Shown one piece after another: positions 52,430-64,000 of a stretch of DNA of 64,000 nucleotides. The notes below the pieces were generated by a model. It did no database searches and was not told the DNA's origin. It saw nothing but the letters and a program-made list of their open reading frames with translations. Positions within the stretch are counted from its first letter, which is position 1; every line of letters begins with the position of its first letter. Origin of the DNA: Chrysemys picta bellii (lineage: Eukaryota); NCBI RefSeq assembly GCF_011386835.1, contig NC_088796.1:107632001-107696000 (forward strand), given 5' to 3'. Position numbers and translations under genes: made by a program.

Positions 52430-55400
52430 TGCCGAAAATAGCTTTCCTATACGTTTTAACTCCAATATCTGAATTTTCAAGGGATAGAACCACCTGCATC
52501 AGGGAATTTCCCCTTCCTAATTGTACACATCTGCTATTTCTAGACCCAATGATTCACAGGTCTTTTGAATGTTCTCAGTGGAGTTTCAGTCATTTACACT
52601 AGCAGAGAGCTTGGCTATTATGTTTTGATTCCTACTGCCCATTCCACTTTTTTACTATGTTTAATAATTATATGGTCACTTAGGCATAAACCTTGAACAA
52701 AAAGATTAGTCAATCTGCTGTGGTTGTGTAAGCAGCACAAAGTGACATTTATGTGTCTGAAGATCGCGATTGGATAATTCCCTCTTTGGGAAGGAATTGT
52801 ACTGGAGGAAACCTGATAAAGGTGGCCTGATGCATCCTGTGCTAGCTGTTTCCTTGTAGAGTAAAGATCAGGATGAATCTTTCCTTGAGTAGGTAAGCCC
52901 TGGCTGTTAGGGAGGCTAGTGTGGCACCAATTAAGTCTATTCACTAGTGTTAACATAGACTTTTTTAAAATTGATGATGAACCCAGAGACTGAAATAGAG
53001 CTAGGGCCTTGGATGGAGTGGCCTCGGAGGACCTGGTTGTCCAAATATGGAAAGACAAAAATGTCTCCCATTTCTGGGAGGACTTCTGTAAAGACTCTCA
53101 GGGCCTTGAAGAGGCCAAAGGAGAGAACATGGTATTGGTAAAATTCAAAACCTATGACAAAAAATGGAAACTCTTAAGGAAGGGATCAATAACCACATGG
53201 AAGGGATCAATAACCACATGGAGATTGAGGGCAACAAAGCAATCCCCTGGAGACAGGGGTGGGATCATGGTAGCTAGATTTACCATCCTGAAGTGTTGCA
53301 ATAGGATGTAGGTGTTCAGTTTCCTGATATTGGCATCATACCACTGCCTTTTTTGGGAACTAGAAATATATGGAATAGAACCCTCTTCTGACAAATGTGG
53401 GGGGAACTAACTTGATTGCCTCCAAATGCAGGAGGGATTGGACTTCCTGCTTTAGGAGATATTCATGAGAGAGGTATCTGAAGAGAGATACGGTGAGAAG
53501 ATATGTGGGTAGGGAAGAAAGGAAATAAAGTATCCAGTAGTGACCACCTCTAGGATACGCTTGTCTGCAATGATGATCTCCCAGGCAGTTAGGAGGGTTT
53601 CTACCTTCAGTGTTGTCAATTGCTCAATAAAACGAGTAAACTTTGAGGATGAGTAAACTTTGCTATAGTCATATTTTTTCAACCAGGCCTGGTAGTTTGT
53701 GACCTGAAACTGAAGGACAACCAACAAATAGCTTCTCCTATCTGGGAGACCTAAGGAAAGGATCTGGAGTGTGTTTGATGGTTTCTTTCATTGATTGCAT
53801 CTACCACCAGGGATAGGAGAAGAAATATTACATTCCCTTGACTAGAAAGTAATATTTTTGTTTGCCTGTTTGCAAGTGGGTGGAATAATGGAAGCTGTCT
53901 AATATAGAGTATGTGCAGACGATAACATTGCCTCATTGATGGGCAGGGCAATCTTATTCTGGAGGGTGATATGTAAAATGTCCACCAGGGAATGTTGAGA
54001 CTCCTGGACCTCCGAAGGAATCTGTAGGAATTCCGTTAGATATTTCAGTACTTCTTGGAAGGCCCTAAAGTCATCTGCATAGGATGGTGGTGATGGCCTC
54101 TTTAGGAGAGGAGGAGGGTTTAACTGAAGAGGGTGGTGACCTTTCACTGTTTGGTGGGTCTTGATCCTCTTGTCCCCCTTGGTACAAGTAGACCCATGCA
54201 GTACCAACAAGCGACCTTGTGTTGCCGGTAGCTATTGCAGTACTGGCAGGTGTCTCTGTTGATGTTTCTTTTGGGCCTATACCCTATAAAATTGGTCACA
54301 GTAATGTGTATATGGGTTCCAGTAAGCCCACTGTAGAGCTGGATAGGGGAAGGATATTAATGCCCAGGGAACATAGGGAGTCTGCTGGGCTCTGGAAAGT
54401 CGTCCTCAGATGACATTCCTAGAAGAGTGGGGTGGTACAGTGCTAAAACAGAGCCTTTTTTGGAAACCTCAGACTCTGATGATGTCGTCATCCTCCAAGT
54501 TGAGTTGAGGGATTTTGAGCAGCAGTGCAGTTGGTAATGGAGGCAATGGAGCAGATGCTGTTCTTGTGGGTAAGGATTCAGTCACCAACTGTCAAAGTGA
54601 CACCAGAAAAGAGACTCTTATGATACCCCTCAGGAGAGAGGATTTCAGTTCCTGAGATGAGATGTTCAGGGGAAAGGAATGTCGGAAAGTTGTGATAGTA
54701 AGTAGTTGGAGACTGAGGCGGCACCAGGGCCCAGAATGGGGATTGACTGAATGCAGGACTGGCGAGGCTGCATGTGATACTGGAAAGGTCAATGAGATGA
54801 TGCTGAGCTCAGACTGCTTCCCCAGGATGATGGTATCAGAAATGGTGACAGGTATCTCTGGGTGGCCTCTGTGGCCATGAGAGGATGTTGGTACAAAAGC
54901 CTTTGAGGTAGTCTTAAAGTCCTTTGGTTTCACATGCATCTCAGTGCCATACATATCAGATAGTACTGAGGTAGGTGCCTCTCAGTGCTATTTAGCTGAA
55001 GATCTCTATGATGTAAATGACTTCTAAGGCAGTACTGAGGCTTTGGTCCTGGCTTCAGCTGGAGTCTCAGCTGTACTCATGGGATGTGAGGTCTCCTGAG
55101 AGTCAGCTCTAAGAGCTTTCTGGCAGGGGATAAGGGCTTTCTTCTTTTAGAGGGCTCATCTCTGGAACCTCCCCTGGAACTCAGTCATCAGTATGGCCTG
55201 AGAGGTTGAGGACAATGTATTGGTTGGAATGGAATCCACCAGAGCTAAGCAGCTTCAGCCTAGCCTCTCAATCCTGGTGGGACCGGTTCTTATACCCTGT
55301 GCAAACTTCACAATTGATGATTCGTAAGATTCTCTGAGACAGCTAGAGGGCCCATTGCTGCAGGAAAAAGACCTATGGCAGGTCTAACTCAAACCCTGGG

Positions 55401-55811
55401 GTCCTAGGCATAACCTGGGGAAGTGCCGTAACTCTCAAAGGGTGAGGCAAGAAAGCTGAGCCCCCCCTCCCCCGATTCTCCAAGCATAAATTGTGCTGTG
55501 ACTAAGAGTAAAAAACAAATTAGGAAATAAAATCTGCCTACATAAATAAAATAAACAAGAATAATGTGAAATGAGGGAAACAACTGGAAACAGCAGAAAC
55601 CACAATTGTTCTATCTTGAGCCGCAGACAACTGAGGAGGAGCTGGAGCAGTGGTGGTGAGTACATGCTTCCTTATATGCCCTCACCCAGTAGCATGAGGT
55701 GCTGCTCTGTAGAGGTGCAGGCCTGTGGACACTGCTATTAAACTTTGGTCAAGAGCACATGGGTGCACACACATGCTATGGTGTAGCATGAACAGGCACA
55801 TATACTTGAAG
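52430..55811 (-). mobile_element. DIRS1-like (tyrosine-recombinase class) retrotransposon, decayed and internally deleted
   Basis: gag-like DDFRAFQEVLK...IALPINEAM; RT-like WEIIIADKRILEVVTTGY, FRMVNLATMIPPLSPGDCFVALNL and LFQSLG..ILKKSMLT. The recombinase domain is not clearly detectable; left boundary approximate. Confidence 0.85.
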
Positions 55812-57460
55812 AGCCATTGTAATAATCTAGTTTGACCTCCTGCGTAGCACAGGCCAGAGAACCTCCCTGAATTAATTCCTCTTTGAACTACAGCATATTT
55901 TTTTAGAAAAAACATCTAATTCAGATATAAAAATTTCCATGATGCAGAATCCACCACTGCCCTTGGTAAATTTGTTCCTGTTAACGGCCCTCACCATTAA
56001 TAAACTGTGCTTTATTTCCAGTCTGAATTTGTCTAGCTTCAATTTCCAGCCATTAGATCTTGTTATACTTTTGCTGGCTAGATAGGACAGCCCTCTATTA
56101 TGAAATTTATGTTCCCTACATAGGAATTTATAAACTATGATCAAGTCACACCTCAACCTTTTCTTTGTTAAGGTAAACAAATTGAGCTTCCTGAGTCTAT
56201 CAATATAACATGTTTTCCTATCCTCTAATCATTTTCATTGCTCTACTCTGAACCTTCTCCAGTTTATCCATCTCCTTCTCGAATTTTGGGCATTAGAACT
56301 AGACACAGTATTACAGGAATGGTTACACCAGTGTTAAATACTAAGGTAGTATGACCTTCCTACTCCTAGTCTATATTTTCTATTTATACATTCGAGGATC
56401 GCATTTGCTCTTTTGGCCACAGAATCACATTAAGCACATGAGAGCTCATCCATGTTCAGCTGATTATCCACCATGACCCCCAAGTCACTTCTTCCCAGGA
56501 TAAATCCCCCATCCTCTAAGTATGGCCTACATTCTTCGTTCCTAAATGTATGACCATATTAAAACACAATGTTTGTTTGTGCCCAGCTTACCAAGTGATC
56601 CAGATTGTTCTGCATTGAAATGTCTACTTCATTAATCACTCCCACAATCCTTGTGTTATCTACAAACTTTATCAGTAATGATTTTATGCCTTATTCCAGG
56701 TCACTGATAAAAACATTAAATAGCATAGGGTGAAAAACTAATCACTGCAGGAACCCACTAGAAACGCACACATTTAATGATGATTTATCTTATAAACTAT
56801 ATTTTGAGACCTATCAGCCGGTTTTTAGTCCATTTAGTATGTCCCATTTTGATTTTTTATTAGTTCAGGTTGCTTAATCAAAATATGGCGTGGTGCCAAG
56901 TCAAATGCCTTACAGAAGTCTAAGTAAATTACATCAACACTACTATTTTTATGAATCAGACTTCTAATCTCCTCAAAAAATATCAAATTTGTTTGACAAA
57001 TTTGTTTTGCATAAACTCACGTTGATTGGCTTTATTTATATAACCCTCTTTTAATTCTTTATTAATCAATTCTATAACAGCTGTCCCATTATTTTGCCCA
57101 GGACCAATGTAAGGGTGACAGGCCTATAATTACCCAGGTCATCTTATTTATCTTTTTAAATTATTGGAACATTTAGTTTTCTTCAAGTTCTCTGGAACTT
57201 CCTGACTGTTCTAAGATGTATTGAAAATCAATATTGACAGTCCAGTGAGCTGCTCATCCAGCTGTTTTAAAACAGTTTCCTTAACTGTTTTTGCCATAGA
57301 TTTGTTCATATGTCCTTTCACTTCCCTTATCAATTTTCTAAAAATCCTAGGTTCTGTTTCATTATCATTACCATCAGCTTCCTCTTCCTTTCATTTGTTA
57401 AATATGGTATGGTTTCATTTTTTTGTTTTGTTTTTGTCTTTAACCAGCATGGCCTTCATT
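55812..57460 (-). mobile_element. CR1 LINE ORF2 3' half, decayed
   Basis: KKRLRCDLIIVYKFL...SITRSNGWKLKLDKFRLEI (CR1 ORF2 C-terminus), with upstream RT-region homology. Confidence 0.93.
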
Positions 57461-57586
57461 CGCAATTGTGGGGGGGGGGTTTGTGTGTGTGTGGGGGGGG
57501 GGGCGTTTATTATAATGTTGTTAAGCAGTTCCTAATTTTCACTCACATTTTTCTTTGAAATTTTTTCTCCCAACTCATTTGGCTTA

Positions 57587-57662
57587 TAATTGTTTTCAGG
57601 TTTGTGATATTGGCCCTTTTAAGATACCAAAAGGGCCAGTATCACAAACCTGAAAACAATTA
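57587..57662. repeat. 34-bp inverted repeat (hairpin) with an 8-nt loop
   Basis: Arms 57587-57620 and 57629-57662; the single difference is a G:U pair on the + strand. Confidence 0.95.
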
Positions 57663-57742
57663 AAATAAGTTGAGAGGGGAAAAATACTAGTTTGTACTTT
57701 ATTTTGTTTGTACATAATCCATGTAATCAAGTCATGATCACT

Positions 57743-57922
57743 TAGAATCATAGAATATCAGGGTTGGAAGGGATCTCAGGAGGTCATCTAGTCCAACCCC
57801 CTGCTCAAAGCAGGACCAATTCCTGGACAGATTTTTGCCCCAGCTCCCCCAATGGCCCCCTCAAGGACTGAACTCACAACCCAGGGTTAGCTGGCCAATG
57901 TGCAAATCACTGAGCTATCCCT
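57743..57922 (-). mobile_element. tRNA-derived, CR1-tailed SINE (tortoise PolIII/SINE type)
   Basis: Reverse complement begins gggatagctcagtg, has B box gagttcagtcc, and ends in the CR1 tail tattctatgattcta. Confidence 0.9.
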
Positions 57923-59482
57923 ATACTATTTAGAAATTCGGAGAATATTGAATTTGGAAATTGAGGCAGGATGAGACCTAGACCTCCAGTGTATGTTCAT
58001 GAGATTGAAGTTCCCCATGACAACACAGGTATTTTCCCCCCTACATGGTATAAACAAGTCCTTGAGGTGTCAGTCATTCTGTTCCCTAGTGTGATTTGGT
58101 GGCCTGTAGCAGACCTCAATTAGTACCTCATTTTGTACATTATGTAATAGAACATTGATCCATAATCATTCAAGATCATTTGCTTCTGAGTTGTCAATAG
58201 CTCAGAAATAGGTAATGTCATTTTTTTTGGTAAAGTTCTACTCGCCCTCCCCTGTTGCCCACTTTATGCCTCCTAAATAGGTTTTAACCACTGATTTTTA
58301 GCATTCCTACCAGACTTCAGTAATACCACACTAAATTGATTTTATGTTCATAAAATAGCAATTCCAATTCCTCTTGTTTGTTGCCCAGGTTCCTAGCATT
58401 GGTGTACAGGCAATTAAAGAATTTTTCTCTTTACATCCTTTGTTCTCAACATCTTGTGGTAAATGATTGTGTATGTGTTCCCACTTCTCACCCTCCCCTT
58501 TTGTTATCAAAGTAATAGTAGTTTGCAAGTGACCCTTAAAATTTATGTAGTGAACCACTGCTATGGATAATGTGTCTCTGTGCAAGAAAATGTGTTGATT
58601 GTATATTTCTCATGGTCTATACCTGAAGCATAAATGTTACAATATATCCAGTTGAATGAGGTTGTACTATAAGATGACACGGTAGACGAATGGCAAGATG
58701 ACCAACACAAAGCAGAATAACAGCAATTGCATTTAAAAAACAAACAAACAAAAAATCTCTGTCATATTTTCCTCGCATTCAGGGTTGTTTTTGTCTAGCT
58801 GAGATATTCACTAAAAGGGGGAAACTATGAATTACTGTGTGATTTAAATCTAGAGCTGGGTGCACAGTTAAAACAAATTATGTAGACATAGTTCCTTTGA
58901 AAAATATTGTGACATTCTTTATACCCACTGTATGTTTAAATCTATGTGTAAAATTTATTCAAGAACATATTCACCTTTATTTGAGAGCATATAGAAAACC
59001 ACTATGTTAGTGCATCTCAGAATTAATCTCTGCATGGCATTATGGAAGAAACTGCTATATTAAAGCCTGCTGTTGCCACTCAGTGACCTTCTCCTACAGT
59101 ACATCTGATGTGCCTGCTGCTACTGTTGCTGCGTTCCAAGTAGAAGTTATTGCCTCAACATCTCCTGCTACATTAGCTACATTACAAGACTAAATGACAG
59201 CTCAAGGATCACACTTTGTTTTTGGCATGCAGAACCCAAAGGGAGGGTGTTCTATTTTAGTCCATGAGAGACTATAATGCTTAAAATAGAAGGATAACAA
59301 AAATTATCTTCCACTGCTTGGGTCTGTAGCTTTGGAACCTTACCCTCTTAGTAAGTATTGAGGGTGTATTATTTGTGTACAGTCTGTAACTATGGGAGCT
59401 AAATCTCTTGGAAGACCAATGAAGCAATCTCTGGAGCAGAAGAGAAAGAATGGCAATTTATATGGATACTGTCAATGCCTAC

Positions 59483-60379
59483 TGTCATAACTATAAAGGG
59501 AAGGGTAATAGCTGTCCTGTGTACAGTACTATAAAACCCCTCCTGGCCAGAGACTCCAAAATCCTTTTCCCTGTAAAGGGTTAAGAAGCTCAGGTAACCT
59601 GGCTGGCATCTGACCTAAAGGACCAATAAGGGGACAAAATACTTTCAAATCTTGGGGGGGGGAAGGCTGTTGTTTGTGTTCTTTGTTTGGGAGTGTGTTC
59701 GTTCTCGGGACTGAGAGGGACCAGACATCAATCCAGGTTCTCCACATCTTTCTAAGCAAGTCTCTCCTATTTCAAACTTGTAAGTAAATAGCCAGGAAAG
59801 GCGTGTTAGTTTTCCTTTGTTTGTTTTTCTCAACTTGTAAATGTACCTTTTACCAGAGTGTTTATCTTTGTTTGCTGTACTTTGAACCTGAGACTAGAGG
59901 GGAGTCCTCTGAGCTCTTTAAGTTTGATTACCCTGTAAGGTTAATTTCCATACTGATTTTACAGAGATGATTTTTACCTTTTTCTTTAATTAAAAACCTT
60001 CTTTTTAAGAACCTGATTGATTTTTCCTTGTTCAAGATCCAAGGGGTTTGGATCTTGATTCACCAGGAGTTGGTGGGAGGAAGGAGGGGAATGGTTAATT
60101 TCTCCTTGTTTTAAGATCCAAGGGGTTTGGATCTTGATTCACCAGGAGTTGGTGGGAGGAAGGAGGGGAATGGTTAATTTCCCCTTGTTTTAAGATCCAA
60201 GGGGTTTGGATCTGTTTTCACCAGGGATTTGGTGAAGGTTTTTCAAGGTTTCCCAGGAATGGAATCCATTGAAATGGTGGCAGCAGAACCAGAGCTAAGC
60301 TGGTAGTTAAGCTTAGAAGTTTTCATGCAGGCCCCTACATTTGTACCCTAAAGTTCAAAGTGGGGATCCAGCCTTGACA
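59483..60379. mobile_element. Solo LTR, 897 bp
   Basis: TGTCA...TGACA termini; perfect 5-bp TSD CCTAC at 59478-59482 and 60380-60384; internal 79-bp tandem repeat. Confidence 0.92.
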
Positions 60380-60521
60380 CCTACTTTCTTTATGTGGTGT
60401 GTCAGTATTTCTGTTGTGACTCCCCTTTTTGGAGTTTGTAACTTGCCCTGAGTTGAAACTGAGCATCCATGGTGTCTCCCAGGTAAAGGTTCTGGTTCTG
60501 GGCCATTCTGTATAATCTTTT

Positions 60522-60869
60522 AAATCTGAAGTGAAAGGAGGGGAAAAAAAAACCTATTCAGTAGAATAGGGCACTCTGCCAGTTTTACAGTTTCATGATT
60601 GCCAAGGTAATTCTATAGTCAGCAGATCTATATAAAATTATACACCTGATGGAACTTGGGCAGCCTCAAGAGAGCATTTTGATTGCTGTGGGCCACATTC
60701 TGCAATCTTTACTTACACTGATGAGTACTTCGCTTATAGAGAAGCCTCAGTGGGACTGCTTAAGTAATTAAGGTAGTAGTCAATGGGTGATCTTCTCAGT
60801 CCAGAACTGGGCCCTTTTCAGACTGCATTAAAGGGCTGAGGAAGAAGGTGCCCCAAAAGCACTGGATGT
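60522..60869 (+). repeat. Dispersed direct duplication, copy 2 (probable derived copy)
   Basis: ~96% identical to 43817-44174; no flanking TSD. Confidence 0.97.
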
Positions 60870-62984
60870 GATTTAGTAAAGGCATGGAAAGCATACAGAG
60901 GTGAGCAGCTGGAGCAAACCCAGGGCCTGGGGCACAGATCCTCAAAGCTAACTCCCATTAATTTGAGTGGGAGTGAAGCACCTGAATATCTTTGAGGATC
61001 TGAGGCTTCCTGACTATTGTCAACCATAGCATGTACTGAGAAAAAAGAATTCTCCATATCCTATGTGAGAAAAGGTCCAAGCTCAGGAAATAGCTGCATC
61101 TGACTATGGCCTGAGCCATATCCTATTACTTTTTCAGGCTCATCTCCTCCTTCAGAAGAACACAAATGAGGGGGTTAAAGGTGTTGAAAAAACTGTAAGG
61201 TTTCTTCATAGCGTTTCCTCCTAAGTCCTTCTTTTGGGGTTAAACTCCCATAGAAGAAAAAACAGGAAGGCCCAATCGTATACCCACACATCACATCCTC
61301 TGTGCTTCCACAGTTTCTCTGAGACTCCCTCCTAGGAAAGGTTCACACTCTTACAGCGGATCCTGTTCCCCCTTCCTGTCAATCCATGTAAAGTGCTGAT
61401 GCAATGTTACATTCAGCACCTAGAAGTACATAGAACACTTTATAATATGTAGGTGGAGGATAAACTAATAGACAGCATCCATGCTATTTATGGGCCCTTT
61501 TTAAAAAAAAAAAACACCAAATAGGATCAGATTTTAACCACCCAACTGATCTTTACTCCACTCTATCAAATAGGACAATAATGAATTTATCTGCTCTGTA
61601 TCACCGGCAGTGAGTGGCATAGTCTCCATTATGCATTGTTTCTGGAACTATTGGGCCTAACAAAATAATCAAACAAGGGCTAATACTGCCAGCTAACATT
61701 CAGAAGCAAAACAAAATAAGCAGGCTCTTGGGATAAATACAGTCCTGAATTTTTTTCTGGGCTGCCTCTATTACTAGCAAAGTGAACACCAGTGAATACT
61801 AGGCAATTCAGTGTCTAGTATTTGTATTTCCTTGTTTGTTTTTATGTTTCTCATGGACTTTTTCAAAACCATAGGGAGACATTTCAGAGACTAAAATAAT
61901 GTGAGATCTGGTATTCTCACAGTAATTCAATTACTGGATAGTGGGAATACCATGGAAAGACCAGATCATTCTTTATTTTGGCTCCCTTAGGGAAAAGAAA
62001 CTCATGAAAAAATAAAACATCACTACCACTATATTTAGGTTTATCCAAAAGTACAACCCCAACAAATATAATAATTCATTTACTTAGATTTAAATACAAT
62101 AATCTAAAAAGAATCTCAATCCTACCCTCTAAGTATTCTTACTGTTAATTCAAAAATACAACACAAAAATCATTTCACAACCAAAACACCAGAACATTTC
62201 TCTCCCCTACCTGCTTCACAAAATAAGCACTAGACAGGACACAGGACAAATCAGAATTTCCCAAATCTGATCTTTCTTAGCAGTAGAAGATTTTCAACCA
62301 ATGCAAGCAGAACAGTCTCTCTGCCATCAACCAAGGATGTCTTTGGGGCAGAGATTGAACCCATAATTCCTTTAAAACAATCAGCATCCTGCTCTGCTCA
62401 AAGAGACAGTGACTATCTCCACCACCGAAGAATACAGTTCTTCACCAGCCAGGAAGCCAAAGGAGCCAAAGCATAGATGAAATTCTTCCAGGGCATTCTA
62501 AATCTCCATAAACAACACTGATTGGTATTCAAGTAGATAAAGCCTAGCATAGTCTCCTTCCTCCCACCTCAAAAGTTGCCCAGTTTCCATTTCTGGAGAT
62601 AGTTGAATCCAAATCCAATCAAATCTGTTGACAGTAAGCACAAATTTCCTCACAGTGGGAGGAACCTGCATCAGCAATCAAACAAAGACAGTCCCGATTA
62701 ACAAAACTACCTACTACCTGAAACAAATCCTCTGTTTGAGACTTTGTAGGTGCTGTATGAGAGGTTAAAGTTCTCACATCTAGACACAATATAAGAATGT
62801 TAACAAACTTCACAATGCTATCTGTCAGCCTCTCTGAGAGTTCCCACCATGATGATTCACCCTTCTTCTGTCAAACTTCTTCAGTATATTATATATACTG
62901 ACTGCTTTAAATGTCTAATGCCATGGGGGTAGGGGGTGGGGTGGATCTGCTTTGGGCTGAAATGCTCTGTGTCCTCTGAGAGCA

Positions 62985-63175
62985 TAGGAATGGGGAGTAG
63001 GAGCGAGAGGCAGGGAGTCTCAGGGAAGAAAGTAAAGGAGGAAAATATTAAAAAGAGGAAAAATACACACAAAGGAGTAAAAAGGAAACACTGAGGGAAT
63101 ACTAAATAATAAAACTGAGGGATAAGAGGAAATGGAATAAAGAAACAAAGTGGGAAAAGCCAGAAATAGGTAAAC
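62985..63175. repeat. Purine-rich low-complexity tract
   Basis: Strong A/G strand bias, read directly from the sequence. Confidence 0.7.
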
Positions 63176-64000
63176 ACATTTTTATTTCATTCCTATTCTG
63201 CCAGGCTAGCCTGGTTTCCCGTGTTGGTTCTTAAAGACCACATTTGCAGTTTTTAAAAAGTCCTGTCAATAGGACTGACCTCCTCTCTTGAAATAGTGAA
63301 GAAGGGAGAGTACCAACATGGATTTTTTTTGTTTTGTTTCTTTTGCCTAGGGCACAAACACACCTAAACCAAGTCCTCCTCCCCATCGACCCTAGTTCTG
63401 AAATCTCACCTAATAATTCTGTTCAAGTTGCAATACAAATATCAAATTAGTTGGGGAGGGGGGGGTTGGGTGTGTGTGGGGGGGGAATCTTGGCACTAGC
63501 AAGAAGGTTGCCTAACAACATAATTCTCCATAACAATTTTTGTATTACATACCTTATACTCTCCCTATTATTTCTCTGTGTTTAGATTATATTTATTTGA
63601 TTTCAATGACAGTGAGGTGCCTAAATACCTTTGAGTATCTGGGCCCTAGTTTATAAAAAATTCACAGCACCGTGCTTTGCATAAAAATTTAGGGCCAGAT
63701 CCCTAGCTGGTGTATATTGGAGTAGCTCTGTTGAACTTGCTTATGATGTTTTTGGTGTTTATTTCACTCTAACTGTAAACTGAAATTAGAGTTTGGTGAA
63801 AACTGATTTTTCACATCTATGGAAAACATTTCATTGCAAAATTTCAGTTAAGTTATTAGGAACTTGCTGCCATCCCTGAAAAATTCTCTTCCTGGTCTTT
63901 ACAAAGCCCTTAGGGTTATGACAGAAATTTCCTGAACTGCATCAGCATTGAATGTGGGTGGGTATCACCTTTTTGTAAAGCCAAGAAATCTAAAATGCCC

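Noticed and set aside
58622-58666. 44-nt minus-strand exon candidate (QPHSTGYIVTFMLQ)
   Set aside because: The donor CAG|GTATAG is modest and no peptide match or partner exon is recognisable.
60034-60225. CRISPR-like repeat array
   Set aside because: The units are contiguous near-identical tandem copies with no unique spacers, inside a eukaryotic LTR, with no cas genes.

Overview
Gene-poor, repeat-rich vertebrate genomic DNA, most likely from a turtle. This is inferred from tRNA-headed/CR1-tailed PolIII SINEs together with turtle-type CR1, Penelope, DIRS, hAT and Harbinger elements. I recognise no intact host protein-coding gene: the ORF-track entries are either decayed transposon ORFs (Penelope RT and GIY-YIG, CR1 ORF2, DIRS gag/RT) or look like chance ORFs. 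The window is therefore intergenic or deep intronic. Main points of interest: (1) three minimal type-I hammerhead ribozyme motifs in Penelope pLTRs, one inside a young 212-bp insertion with a perfect 79-bp inverted repeat and a 13-bp TSD; (2) a ~350-bp segment duplicated 16.7 kb away at ~96% identity, with a transversion-dominated difference spectrum and no TSD; (3) two near-perfect hairpins of pre-miRNA size; (4) nested TE structures with readable TSDs; (5) a few unverified splice-site-bounded micro-exon candidates. TE family names come from recalled motifs, not database searches, and some boundaries are approximate.
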